Source: Candidatus Peregrinibacteria bacterium (GTDB lineage Bacteria > Patescibacteriota > Gracilibacteria > CAIRYL01). From it: a stretch of DNA of 63,373 bases. The notes beneath the pieces were generated by a model. It did not search any database. It was not told where the DNA came from and worked only from the letters and a program-made list of their open reading frames with translations. Shown here one piece after another: positions 1 through 9,500 of this stretch. The stretch covers positions 1-63,373 of the forward strand of contig JACRHZ010000075.1 in the NCBI GenBank assembly GCA_016220175.1, in the 5' to 3' direction. Within the stretch, counting starts at the first letter, position 1. Each line of letters starts with the position of its first letter. Made by a program: the position numbers and the translations under genes.

Positions 1-231
1 ATCGAACAAATGTTTTTTAATGAAAAAGAAGACAACGATAACGAAAAACAAACCAGCGCGCCAATCTCGGATAAAAATAAAAACCGTTCCTAGAATAAGT
101 AAGATGCCAGCAATGATAAATGAAACGTCACATATGAGAGCCGAAAGTGTACCGTTCATAGAAGATTGCCACTCTCCTATTAAAAGAAAGATTATTCCTA
201 TTAGAAAAACGATTATTCCTAGATAAAGCAT
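1..231 (-). CDS. small hydrophobic multi-TM protein, N-terminal part only (ORF runs off the left edge)
   Basis: ATG at 231-229 followed by 77 stop-free codons to position 1 on the minus strand (MLYLGIIVFLIGIIFLLIGEW...). Hand-translated. Absent from the ORF track because it has no stop inside the window. Confidence 0.3.
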   Translation of the reverse strand, partial: MLYLGIIVFLIGIIFLLIGEWQSSMNGTLSALICDVSFIIAGILLILGTVFIFIRDWRAGLFFVIVVFFFIKKHLFD

Positions 232-356
232 AATTTTACTTTATTAAATCACCAACGCTCACATTAAGGGCTTCGCATATTTTCTTGAGCCTATCAAGCA
301 TGCATTGGATTCTAGTTTTTGCCGGTCTCAGTTTCAGCTGGAAATACCCATGGTTG

Positions 357-1136
357 TCAAAGTCTAGAAGGTTTTCGACGAGTGTAGTAATTATGTAGTT
401 TTCGTTTTCGATTCTTTTTAATTTCCTTCAATCGATATGGTTCGAATCTTTGTAAGTATTCGAAAATGAGCTTTGTTTGAGATTTTGTACTATCTTCGCT
501 ACTAAAATGCCACCATGAATTGCGATTTAATTTTTGTGAAAGTAAATTAAGAATATTTTCAGCAAGTTTAAAAAGTTTCTCAATCTCCTCCGCAGAAAGA
601 GACACCTTCTTTTTTTTGATCTGATCATGAGCTAAATCTTGATTACGAAATTTTTTTAGCTTCCCAATTAAGCTTCCTTTTGTAAATCTTTTCTCATCCA
701 AATTTAGACCATTTGTAAATAAAAGCTCGCGACACTTGTTGAGATCAGTTTCTTTAATGCCATCATAATTTTTAGAAAGTTCATCAATATTCAGTCTTTG
801 GGAATTAGACTCTTTAAATGTTTCCAAGGTCAGCTTTTTTAAATTGGCTTTTGCAAAATTTATAATTTTCACAATTGAAAGAGAATCTGGGTTGGGGTCG
901 AAAAATTTAACAAGTTCAATTGCAAAAATCTTTCGGTGTGCATCCATTGTTGGACCGAAAAAATTTATAAAATTATTCATAGTTTTTACATTTTTTTCTG
1001 CTTGCTTCTTTCCAATTTGGAATGGATCACGAATCTCTTGCATAGCTTCCCAAATTTGAAAATGTTTATATGCAATAAACAACCGCTCATGTGAGCGTTT
1101 TAAAAATTCCCATAACTTTGAAAATTCGTTTTTCAA
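357..1136 (-). CDS. HEPN-domain protein, AbiU2-like (putative abortive-infection RNase)
   Basis: 259-aa helical, Lys-rich ORF with an R-x5-H motif (RNQDLAH, aa 164-170) typical of HEPN. The overall layout recalls AbiU2-family proteins. Recognition only. Confidence 0.4.
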   Translation of the reverse strand: MKNEFSKLWEFLKRSHERLFIAYKHFQIWEAMQEIRDPFQIGKKQAEKNVKTMNNFINFFGPTMDAHRKIFAIELVKFFDPNPDSLSIVKIINFAKANLKKLTLETFKESNSQRLNIDELSKNYDGIKETDLNKCRELLFTNGLNLDEKRFTKGSLIGKLKKFRNQDLAHDQIKKKKVSLSAEEIEKLFKLAENILNLLSQKLNRNSWWHFSSEDSTKSQTKLIFEYLQRFEPYRLKEIKKNRKRKLHNYYTRRKPSRL

Positions 1137-1162
1137 GAGATAAAACTTACTTTTTATAAAAC

Positions 1163-2911
1163 TTACTCCTCCTCCCTCACCTCAATATGGAGCTCCTTGA
1201 TCTGCTCCTCCGGCATTTTTGACGGAGCGCCGAGCATGAGATCCTGTGCGGTTTGGTTTTTTGGGAACGCAATCACTTCCCGAATATTTGGTTCTCCCGC
1301 AAACATCATCACAATCCGATCGAGTCCCGGAGCGCATCCTCCATGCGGCGGCGCTCCATATTCAAACGCGCGGAGCATGTGTCCAAATCTTCTGTCCGCA
1401 TCTTCTTTCGAAATTCGGAGAATATCAAAAATCTGCGCTTGGAGTTCGGATTCGTGAATTCGGATCGAACCTCCTCCGAGTTCCACGCCGTTCAAAACGA
1501 TGTCATACGCTTCCGCACGAGCTTTTAAAGGTTCATTTGCGAGCAAATGCTGATCTTCTTTCAGCGGTCTGGTAAACGGATGATGCACCGCGCCAATTTG
1601 TCCTTCGGAATTCATTTCAAACATTGGAAATTCATACACCCAAAGATACGCAAAATTATTCGGATCTTTGAGGTTGAAGACATCTCCCAAGCTTGAGCGA
1701 ATTGCACCGAGCGGAGAAACTGCAGTTTCAAAATTTCCGGCGCCGAAGAGAAGGAGATCACCTTTTTCAGAATTCGTTTTTTTCGTAATTTTTTCCAAAA
1801 ATTCTTTGGAACAGTATTTTGCGACTGGTCCGGATTCTTCTCCCACTCGAAACCATGCAAGCCCTCCGGCTCCATTTTTCTTCGCGAGTTCCGTATAGTC
1901 ATCAATCATTTTTCTCGTCACTTCTCCATGTTTTTTCGGAACCGGAAGCACAAACACATATTCCGAATTTTCAAAAACTCCAAATCCACATTTTTCTTTT
2001 TCGCTCGAAATATTGACGAGTTTTAGATCAAATCGCATATCTGGTTTATCGACGCCGTATGTGCTCATCGCGTCGTGATACGTCATTCGGGGAAATTTCT
2101 TTGGGAATTTCTTTCCCGTTGTATGTTTTTCCGTAATTTCTAAAAAATATCGTTCGATCACGTCCATCACATCTTCCTGATTCACAAAACTCATTTCGAG
2201 GTCGAGTTGCGTAAACTCCGGCTGACGATCTCCGCGCTGATCTTCATCGCGAAAACATCGCGGAATTTGGAAATAGCGATCTATTCCTGCAACCATGAGG
2301 AGTTGTTTCAGCTGTTGCGGAGATTGCGGAAGTACATAAAAATCTCCGGGATAGAGTCTGCTTGGAACGAGGTATTCACGAGAACCTTCAGGCGTTCCCT
2401 TAATGAGAATTGGCGTTTCGATTTCGAGAAATCCTTCATTCTCAAAAAATTTTCGTGTCGTTTTGAAAATTTCCGACCTCAAAATGAGATTATTTTTCAC
2501 TCGCTCACGACGAATATCAAGGTAGCGATATTTCAGGCGAAGCTCTTCTTTTACTTCCATTTCCTGATCGATTTCAAATGGCGGAGTTTTTGCACGATTC
2601 AAAAATTCGAGTTCCGTCACTTCGATTTCAATTTTCCCGGTTTTTATTTTTTCATTTGTCTGACCTTCCGGACGCATTCTCACTTTTCCCTGAACTTTGA
2701 TCACATATTCCGGACGAAGCTCTTCGGCAAGCGAAAAATTCTTTTTCAGGATATCGGGATGAAAAACGACTTGTGTAAGCCCATAACGATCGCGAAGATC
2801 GACAAAAATTACACCGCCATGATCGCGTCTTCTGTGAACCCAACCGCACAGCGTGGTTTCGGTTTTTACATGTTTTTCGGTCAGTTCTCCGCAGGTATGT
2901 GTTCTCAGCAT
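1163..2911 (-). CDS. aspS: aspartate--tRNA ligase
   Basis: Class II aaRS motifs (FRDEDQRGDRQPEFTQLD, GGGSIRIH, APPHGG). Start moved to MLRTHTCGEL at 2911. The upstream 21 codons look non-coding. Confidence 0.95.
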   Translation of the reverse strand: MLRTHTCGELTEKHVKTETTLCGWVHRRRDHGGVIFVDLRDRYGLTQVVFHPDILKKNFSLAEELRPEYVIKVQGKVRMRPEGQTNEKIKTGKIEIEVTELEFLNRAKTPPFEIDQEMEVKEELRLKYRYLDIRRERVKNNLILRSEIFKTTRKFFENEGFLEIETPILIKGTPEGSREYLVPSRLYPGDFYVLPQSPQQLKQLLMVAGIDRYFQIPRCFRDEDQRGDRQPEFTQLDLEMSFVNQEDVMDVIERYFLEITEKHTTGKKFPKKFPRMTYHDAMSTYGVDKPDMRFDLKLVNISSEKEKCGFGVFENSEYVFVLPVPKKHGEVTRKMIDDYTELAKKNGAGGLAWFRVGEESGPVAKYCSKEFLEKITKKTNSEKGDLLLFGAGNFETAVSPLGAIRSSLGDVFNLKDPNNFAYLWVYEFPMFEMNSEGQIGAVHHPFTRPLKEDQHLLANEPLKARAEAYDIVLNGVELGGGSIRIHESELQAQIFDILRISKEDADRRFGHMLRAFEYGAPPHGGCAPGLDRIVMMFAGEPNIREVIAFPKNQTAQDLMLGAPSKMPEEQIKELHIEVREEE

Positions 2912-3016
2912 AGAAAAGAAAAAATAGCAGGGGGGATTTTCTCGTGTTTCTGCGGAAAAGGCAACGAAAATCAACTCCGCTGAAGCGGAGTCAATTACGA
3001 ATTACGAGTTGATTCT

Positions 3017-3283
3017 TTACATATTGAGACTTTTATAAAAATTTTCACGAGCTCCGATGGCAACAATAAGAATTTCTTTCTCAATTTTATAAACAATGCG
3101 ATACTCGACTCCTCTGTAAGAGAAATGATGAGAAAAGAGCCCTCGTAATGTACCGCCAAGAGTTCTTGCTTTTTGGTACGGGTTGGTCTGGATTTTCAGT
3201 GTTTCCAGTTTTATTTTTTCTTCAAGTTCTTGAGAAGACTTTTTGATGAATTTTTGCGCTTGCCGGAGGAAGAAGATTTCCAT
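3017..3283 (-). CDS. type II toxin, RelE/ParE family
   Basis: 88 aa with a C-terminal YRIVYKIEKEILIVAIGARENFY signature typical of RelE/ParE. An antitoxin ORF lies directly upstream. Confidence 0.75.
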   Translation of the reverse strand: MEIFFLRQAQKFIKKSSQELEEKIKLETLKIQTNPYQKARTLGGTLRGLFSHHFSYRGVEYRIVYKIEKEILIVAIGARENFYKSLNM

Positions 3284-3504
3284 TTTTTTTGCCCAAATAC
3301 CTCCTCAAATGTATATCGCTCTCCTGTTTTTTTATAATGCTTGAGTTCTTGAAGAATAAATTCTTCTTCTTTTTTTGCCAAATAGTCTTGTGCACGGAAA
3401 TAATACTCCACAGCAGTATTCACGACTTTGCTTTTATTCGCAGCAGAAGTGACTTTTCCCCAGTTTTGAGGAGTGAAAGAAATGGTGCTTCTGACGACAC
3501 TCAT
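3211..3504 (-). CDS. ribbon-helix-helix antitoxin (CopG/Arc-like)
   Basis: 97 aa. The N-terminal STISFTPQNWGKV...VVNTAVEYYF segment looks like an RHH fold. It sits upstream of the RelE-like toxin. Its 3' end overlaps the toxin start by 73 nt in another frame. Confidence 0.55.
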   Translation of the reverse strand: MSVVRSTISFTPQNWGKVTSAANKSKVVNTAVEYYFRAQDYLAKKEEEFILQELKHYKKTGERYTFEEVFGQKKWKSSSSGKRKNSSKSLLKNLKKK

Positions 3505-3572
3505 AGGATTAGAATAGTATTACGAATATATCATATCGTAATACTATACAAAAGTCAAAAAAAATAGGAATT

Positions 3573-3599
3573 TTCTGTCGACGAACCCCGACGACAGAA
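3573..3599. repeat. TGTCGACG-type hairpin, copy 1
   Basis: ttctgtcgacgaaccccgacgacagaa. Imperfect palindrome shared with 21562, 29421 and 40727. Confidence 0.6.
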
Positions 3600-3688
3600 T
3601 CGCAAGTTCTATCGAGTGTTGCCTGCGATCAATATCGCTCACAATCTTGAATTCAAAATTCAAAATTCAAAATTTAGAATTTAAAATT

Positions 3689-4960
3689 TTACCGAATTTT
3701 TCCCTGAAACTTCGCTTTTTTCCCGAGCATCGTCTCAATCCGAAGCAGCTGATTATACTTCGCAATTCGTTCACTTCGGCAGAGTGAACCGGTTTTGATT
3801 TGACCGGTCAAAAGTCCGACCGCGAGATCAGCAATCGTCGTGTCTTCCGTTTCTCCACTGCGGTGGCTGATAACGCTCGTCCACTTTGCATTTTTTGCCA
3901 TTCCGACGGTTTCAATGGTTTCAGAAAGTGTTCCGATTTGATTCACTTTGATGAGCGCCGAATTCACGCATTTTCGCACAATCGCCATCTGAACTCTTCG
4001 TGGATTCGTGACGAGCAAATCATCGCCCACAATTTGGATTTTGTCTCCAATTGCTTTTGTAAGAGCGGTAAACGCATCCCAATCATCTTCAAAAAATGGA
4101 TCTTCGATCGAAATAATTGGATATTTTTCTACGAGCGAAGAATAGAATACGAGCATTTCCTCCGCAGTTTTATATTCTCCACGAATTTTATAGCCCTTTC
4201 CTTCTTCATAAAATTCCGAAGCGGCAGCATCGAGCGCGATCTGAATTTTTCCATCATGTCCCGCTTCATGAATCGCCTCCAGAATCACTTCAATAGCTTC
4301 TTCATTGGTTTTAAAATGAGGAGCAAATCCGCCTTCATCGCCAACTGCCGTCACCATTTTTCGTGCCGCAAGAATTTTTTTGAGATGGTGAAATGTTTCT
4401 GATCCCATTCTCAGTGCTTCAGAAAAATTTTCCGCGCCGGTTGAAAAAATCATAAATTCTTGAATTTCCATTCCCGAATCCGCGTGAGCTCCACCATTCA
4501 CGACGTTCATCATCGGAGTTGGAAGTAAATTTGGAGATGAATTTCCAGCAAGATGTCCAAAATATTCGAAGAGGGGAATACTCTTCTCCAGTGCTGTTGC
4601 CTTCGCTGTCGCGAGTGAAACTCCGAGAATTGCATTCGCTCCGAGTCGTTCCTTATTCATCGTTCCATCGAGATCAATCATCGTCTGATCGATTTTTTTT
4701 TGTTCTTCGCTTTCCATTCCGATCACAGCTTTTGCAATTTCTGTATTCACATTCTGAACCGCTTTCAAAACTCCTTTTCCGAGATAGCGATTCTTGTCTC
4801 CATCTCGAAGTTCCACAGCTTCATGAGCTCCAGTGGAAGCTCCAGAAGGAACAATTGCGCGAGCATTTGCACCACTTTCCAGTTGTACTTCTACTTCTAC
4901 CGTCGGATTTCCACGAGAATCGAGAACTTCAAGAGTGTGGATGTGGGTGATACGAGACAT
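3689..4960 (-). CDS. eno: enolase (phosphopyruvate hydratase)
   Basis: [26 protein letters not shown]-terminus and the SHRSGETED motif. Start set at 4960. Confidence 0.95.
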   Translation of the reverse strand: MSRITHIHTLEVLDSRGNPTVEVEVQLESGANARAIVPSGASTGAHEAVELRDGDKNRYLGKGVLKAVQNVNTEIAKAVIGMESEEQKKIDQTMIDLDGTMNKERLGANAILGVSLATAKATALEKSIPLFEYFGHLAGNSSPNLLPTPMMNVVNGGAHADSGMEIQEFMIFSTGAENFSEALRMGSETFHHLKKILAARKMVTAVGDEGGFAPHFKTNEEAIEVILEAIHEAGHDGKIQIALDAAASEFYEEGKGYKIRGEYKTAEEMLVFYSSLVEKYPIISIEDPFFEDDWDAFTALTKAIGDKIQIVGDDLLVTNPRRVQMAIVRKCVNSALIKVNQIGTLSETIETVGMAKNAKWTSVISHRSGETEDTTIADLAVGLLTGQIKTGSLCRSERIAKYNQLLRIETMLGKKAKFQGKIR

Positions 4961-5006
4961 AAAATTGGGTGTGAGAATCTGGTAGAATTGTAAGTGAGGA
5001 AACGAA

Positions 5007-5074
5007 AAGTACAAAGTACAAAGTACAAAATTAAAAAGTAGATAATGATTTTGTACTTTGTACTTTGTACTTTT
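5007..5074. repeat. heptamer (AGTACAA) inverted array forming a long hairpin
   Basis: aagtacaaagtacaaagtacaaaa ... ttttgtactttgtactttgtact. Lies between the membrane-protein stop and the eno start. Confidence 0.8.
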
Positions 5075-5444
5075 AGCTTTGTACTTCGGCGTATCCGCTC
5101 ATTCTCACTGCCACCTGCCCGATGATCGGAATCTTAAAGAATTTTCCTCTTGCGGCAAAAAATCCAACGAGGAAAAGTAAAGTAATTCCCACGGGAAGTG
5201 GAAAAAAAATTGATTTCAGAAAAAACTCATTTGGTTCTCCAGCTTCGAGTGCACGAATTGTATTTTGCACGTACCACAAATAAAAAATAACATCGAGAAG
5301 CGCAAAAGAAGTATTAAGAATGAGCGCTTGCCATAAGTGAAATAACGTCAGCGTATTTTTTTTCTCCTCCATAAGAATTCCCACAAACGCAATGGCTCCA
5401 AAGAAATACGCGAAGAAAATGAAAAATCTCGGATACTTCTCCAT
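5073..5444 (-). CDS. DUF4870-like small membrane protein
   Basis: 123 aa with 3-4 TM segments. HLWQALILN and [10 protein letters not shown] resemble the paralogue at 47625 (HHALQALYLG, GRYYKIPVV). Confidence 0.5.
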   Translation of the reverse strand: MEKYPRFFIFFAYFFGAIAFVGILMEEKKNTLTLFHLWQALILNTSFALLDVIFYLWYVQNTIRALEAGEPNEFFLKSIFFPLPVGITLLFLVGFFAARGKFFKIPIIGQVAVRMSGYAEVQS

Positions 5445-5599
5445 ATATATTTCAAAGTAACAGTTTTCGTAAAATTCGCACTTCCATCTCCAAATGTATC
5501 ATACACTCAAAGCGTAATTTTAAAGAATGATGCTGATCGAGAACTTGTCTTCTTTTTACAAATCTTTTACCGTATGCATTGACGTCATGTATCGACATT

Positions 5600-7108
5600 A
5601 TGCGCAAGATTCCTGTTACGATGGCTACCCAACATCCGGATAACGCCTGCAAGACATATTTTACGGGGAAAAGGGCACTTTCTTCTCAAGATGAGATTGA
5701 AGAGTGTTATCGATGTTTTTCAGAACTCGGAATTCACGAATACATGTGGGATTGGGAAGGGAAATTTGTCGATGAAGCCGTTGTGGATCGCCTCTACAAC
5801 ACCTATCATGATTATTTTCAGAAGCATCCACTTGGACGTGATGAGTTTCTGACATTCCGCATTCCGAATATCTGGATTGAATCAAGCCATAAACTCCCAA
5901 GAGCATTTATGAATCTGCTTTCTTCTGAGAAGGCCGCTCTTCATTATAAATTTCATTCGCCGCCACTTTTTGAAATTATTCTTCCGATGACGACGCGAGC
6001 AGATCAGCTCATATATCTCCAAAAAGCGTTTTCTAAAATTGCAACCGCGACGGAAGAAATTTTTGAGCTGAAAACGGTTCTCTCCGTGCTCAGTATTATT
6101 CCGCTTTTTGAAGAGCTCAAAATTGTGGAAAAAGCGCCAGAAATTTTGCGAGAATATGTCCATTTTTTGAAAGAGGAATATGACGCGTATCCCGAATATC
6201 TCCGAGTATTTACCGCACGAAGTGATCCAGCACTCAATGCCGGATTCCTTTCAGCAAAACTCATGAATAAACTCGCGCTCCATCTCTATCAGGAATTCGA
6301 ATCTGAGAGTGGAATTCCTGTGTATCCCATTGTTGGAGCTGGTTCGCTCCCATTTCGAGGAGGACTCAATCCGGAAAATATTGATGCTGCCATCGAAGAG
6401 TACAAAGGTGTTGCCACTCTTACGATTCAGAGTGCATTTCGATACGATTACGATTATGAAACTGTAAAAAAAATAATCGAAAAAATAAATACCGAAATTC
6501 CAAAAAATAGGGGAAAATCGCAAAAAATTTCCCCAGAAGAACAAAAACTTTTAAGGAAATTTACGAATGCAGCGGAAAAATTTTATCGCCCTATAATTGA
6601 AAGTTCTGCGGAGATGATCAATGCTGTCGCGGAAAAGCTTCCATCTCATCGAGAAAGAGTCCTTCACATTGGTCTTTTTGGATATTCTCGAGGAATGGGA
6701 AAAGTGCAGCTTCCGAGAGCGATTCATTTTACGGGAGCTCTCTATTCACTCGGGGTTCCCCCCGAACTCATTGGATCGGGAAGAGCTCTCAGATTCGCAA
6801 AAGAACAAGGAATGTTGGACCTTATCAATACACTCTGTCCGTATTTGAAAGAAGATTTTCGTCATGCTGGACATTATTTGAATCGTGAAAATCTCGATCA
6901 TCTCTGCAAAGAAGATCCGCTGTGGGAAGAAGTGAAAAATGAAATTCAGGATATTGAAAAACACGTAGGAATTCCAATCGGACCTGAAGAATCTCACCAT
7001 ATCATCCACCGAAACTTTACTTCAAACATTTATCATAAATTGAAAATTGGTGAGGATTTTTCCGAAGATATTTTGCAAGCGGCAGAGATTCGAAAATCAC
7101 TTGGATAA
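5600..7108 (+). CDS. ppcA: phosphoenolpyruvate carboxylase, archaeal type
   Basis: The MRKIPVTMATQHPDN N-terminus is diagnostic of the ~500-aa archaeal-type PEPC family. ATG at 5600 preferred over the upstream TTG. Confidence 0.85.
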   Translation: MRKIPVTMATQHPDNACKTYFTGKRALSSQDEIEECYRCFSELGIHEYMWDWEGKFVDEAVVDRLYNTYHDYFQKHPLGRDEFLTFRIPNIWIESSHKLPRAFMNLLSSEKAALHYKFHSPPLFEIILPMTTRADQLIYLQKAFSKIATATEEIFELKTVLSVLSIIPLFEELKIVEKAPEILREYVHFLKEEYDAYPEYLRVFTARSDPALNAGFLSAKLMNKLALHLYQEFESESGIPVYPIVGAGSLPFRGGLNPENIDAAIEEYKGVATLTIQSAFRYDYDYETVKKIIEKINTEIPKNRGKSQKISPEEQKLLRKFTNAAEKFYRPIIESSAEMINAVAEKLPSHRERVLHIGLFGYSRGMGKVQLPRAIHFTGALYSLGVPPELIGSGRALRFAKEQGMLDLINTLCPYLKEDFRHAGHYLNRENLDHLCKEDPLWEEVKNEIQDIEKHVGIPIGPEESHHIIHRNFTSNIYHKLKIGEDFSEDILQAAEIRKSLG

Positions 7109-7129
7109 GAGTCAATTACGAATTACGAA

Positions 7130-8452
7130 TTAACTTCCCACGTATTCCTCTATCGCATTCTTCAGTGTCGAATACGTTTTTTTCCTCCTCTCATCATCTC
7201 GATCAAGAGTCGTGAGACGGAAACCATGATACGGACTGAAAAATCCAGAAGCTGGAACCACGCAAATTCCGGTGGTTGCGAGGAGATAATAAGTAAATCG
7301 TTGATCCAGTGGGAATCCCGGGCGAGAAACTTCTTTTTCTATAAATTTTTGAACTTCTTCATTTTCAATGTGGAGCTTCTGCTTATCGTTTAAAATTCCT
7401 TTCTGAAAAAGCGGCATCATATAAAATGCTCCATTTGTTCTATTTACCTTCATTTCTTGAGCTTGAGAAAGAATATCTGCGATAAAATTCCCGTTTTTTT
7501 CAAGTTCTGAATTATAATGTTGAATCCATGCATCAAACTCAGGATGATCATAAATTCGCGACAAAATAAATTGCGGGAGACTTACAGAGCACACTTCCAT
7601 AAGAACTCTTTTTTTCACTCCTTCCGCGTATGAACGAAAATCAGGATCTCTGTCAACATTATGAAATTCAAGCCATCCAGATCTTCCTCCCGGCCATGGA
7701 ACGTCTTTTGAAATTCCCCTCATCACCACAAGTGGAACTCGATTCTGAGCGATTTCCGTAATTTGTGCATATGTATGCCCATTGTATACCATGCGAAAAT
7801 ACACTTCATCAGAAATCAGCATGAGGTGATATTTTTCAGCAATTTGCACGATTTTCTCGAGTGTTTCTGGGCTGTACACAGCGCCTGTTGGATTATTCGG
7901 ATTAATAATAAGAATTCCGGTGACTTCTGGATGTGCTTTTACCTGTGATTCTAAATGTTCTATATTCGGCTGCCAGTTATTTTCCGGATCGAGCATATAC
8001 GAAATAGGCTCTTTCCCAGATGAAAAAGATTCCATCGAAGCATGAGTTGGATAACTTGGAGTTGGTTGCAAAATTCGACTTCCTTCGGGGAGCATGTGAT
8101 AGAGTGCAGAAATTCCGGCTCCGAGTCCGCTCACAAAAAGAACATATTCATAATCGAGTTTTGAAGATGGAGAAAAACGTTTGGCATAATCAACAACCCA
8201 CTTTCTCGCTTCAGGAAGTCCCCTCGAATGAGAATATCCGAACACTTTATCTCCCGGTTTTTGCACTTCTTTTACAATAATTTCTTTGAGGAATGGCGGC
8301 ACCGTCCAACTCTTTGCAATGGGATCTCCAATATTTTCTGAAATAAATTGGAAATGGGGATCCATTTCAGCTAACTTTTGCGCAACATCTACGATTTCAC
8401 GGATGCCATATTTGAGGAGATGGACTTTTGGATTTGAGAGAGAATTGCGCAT
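7130..8452 (-). CDS. PLP-dependent aminotransferase, class I/II (alanine aminotransferase-like)
   Basis: INPNNPTGAVY, and SKD..PGGRSGW containing the PLP lysine. 440 aa. Confidence 0.85.
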   Translation of the reverse strand: MRNSLSNPKVHLLKYGIREIVDVAQKLAEMDPHFQFISENIGDPIAKSWTVPPFLKEIIVKEVQKPGDKVFGYSHSRGLPEARKWVVDYAKRFSPSSKLDYEYVLFVSGLGAGISALYHMLPEGSRILQPTPSYPTHASMESFSSGKEPISYMLDPENNWQPNIEHLESQVKAHPEVTGILIINPNNPTGAVYSPETLEKIVQIAEKYHLMLISDEVYFRMVYNGHTYAQITEIAQNRVPLVVMRGISKDVPWPGGRSGWLEFHNVDRDPDFRSYAEGVKKRVLMEVCSVSLPQFILSRIYDHPEFDAWIQHYNSELEKNGNFIADILSQAQEMKVNRTNGAFYMMPLFQKGILNDKQKLHIENEEVQKFIEKEVSRPGFPLDQRFTYYLLATTGICVVPASGFFSPYHGFRLTTLDRDDERRKKTYSTLKNAIEEYVGS

Positions 8453-8648
8453 AGAAAAATCTTAAAAAAATGAGGAATATTTTCTCGGAAAAAAGACTCG
8501 CTCATTGTAGGAAATGTCCTCAAGAAATTCAAAGAAAAAATACACCTTCTCTCGTCTCCAGATTTTTCATTGTTCTCACCAAACGCGTAGTTGTATTCTG
8601 GAGAGGAAGATGATACCTTTACGCCTTATTATTTTACGTACTCGTTCT

Positions 8649-9440
8649 ATGGACGCTCCTCAAAAAGTTATTTCTGCTCTTAGAAGCATTGGACTCAATG
8701 ATAAAGAAGTTCATCTCTACGTTGAAATGCTTACGATTGGCGCTCAGCCCGCTTCTGTTCTTGCAAGAAAAATAAATTTGCCGAGAAGCAGTACACAATT
8801 CCTTGCAGAATCGCTCGTAGCGAAAGGAATTGTCAGCAAACATCATAAACAGCGCATTACACTATACCAGCCAATTCAAGCCGAAGACCTGATGCGAATG
8901 CTCGAAAAAGAGAAGACAGAAATGATGAACAACTTTGAAGAAAAAGAGAAGCAACTTTTATTCGCAGTTTCCGAACTGAAGAAATTGAAAAAACATGAAT
9001 TTTCAAAACCGAAATTAAGTTTTTATGAGGGAACTCAAGGAATTAAAATGGTGTATGAGGATACGCTTTCCGCCAAGGAACCAGTTCGAGCTCTTGCAAA
9101 TTTTGAAGAGCGACTCAAGTTTCTTCCGGATTATTTTAAAGAATATTACAAGCGTCGGAAAAAAGCAGGCGTCTATATGATGGCCATTTATCCGGATACT
9201 CCATTTGGGAAAGGGAGAAAGGCTGCGGATCCGGAGTGTTATCGGGAATCGCAAATCATTGATCACAAAAAGTACCTTTGGGAACCAGAAATTCAAATTT
9301 ATGATAATAAAGTAACAATTGCATCTGGGAGAAATCGCATCGGAACCATTATTGAAGATGCCGAAATCGCCCAAGCCATGAAAGTGCTTTTTGATTTGGC
9401 ATGGGAAGGAATCAAGAAGCGAGGAAAGAATTTACGGTAA
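8649..9440 (+). CDS. TrmB-family transcriptional regulator
   Basis: N-terminal winged-HTH (LNDKEVHLYVEMLTIGAQPASVLARKINLPRSSTQFLAESLVAKGIV). Start set at MDAPQK. Confidence 0.6.
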   Translation: MDAPQKVISALRSIGLNDKEVHLYVEMLTIGAQPASVLARKINLPRSSTQFLAESLVAKGIVSKHHKQRITLYQPIQAEDLMRMLEKEKTEMMNNFEEKEKQLLFAVSELKKLKKHEFSKPKLSFYEGTQGIKMVYEDTLSAKEPVRALANFEERLKFLPDYFKEYYKRRKKAGVYMMAIYPDTPFGKGRKAADPECYRESQIIDHKKYLWEPEIQIYDNKVTIASGRNRIGTIIEDAEIAQAMKVLFDLAWEGIKKRGKNLR

Positions 9441-9500
9441 CCACAAAATAGCAGTTTTTAAGGGGAAATGGATTTTCATCGAAAATATTTTTGCCAATTT

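Noticed and set aside
20-226. 68-aa plus-strand ORF at the window start, and the many other 60-150-aa ORFs antisense to conserved genes in the track
   Set aside because: They lie fully inside, or antisense to, well-supported genes. They have low-complexity or odd composition and no recognisable motifs. At 20-226 the opposite strand gives a more plausible membrane-protein frame.
240-356. XRE-family HTH gene
   Set aside because: Only a C-terminal helix-like fragment is present. It is bounded upstream by a stop and has no start codon that would give a full domain. It is treated as a remnant within a finding, not as a feature.
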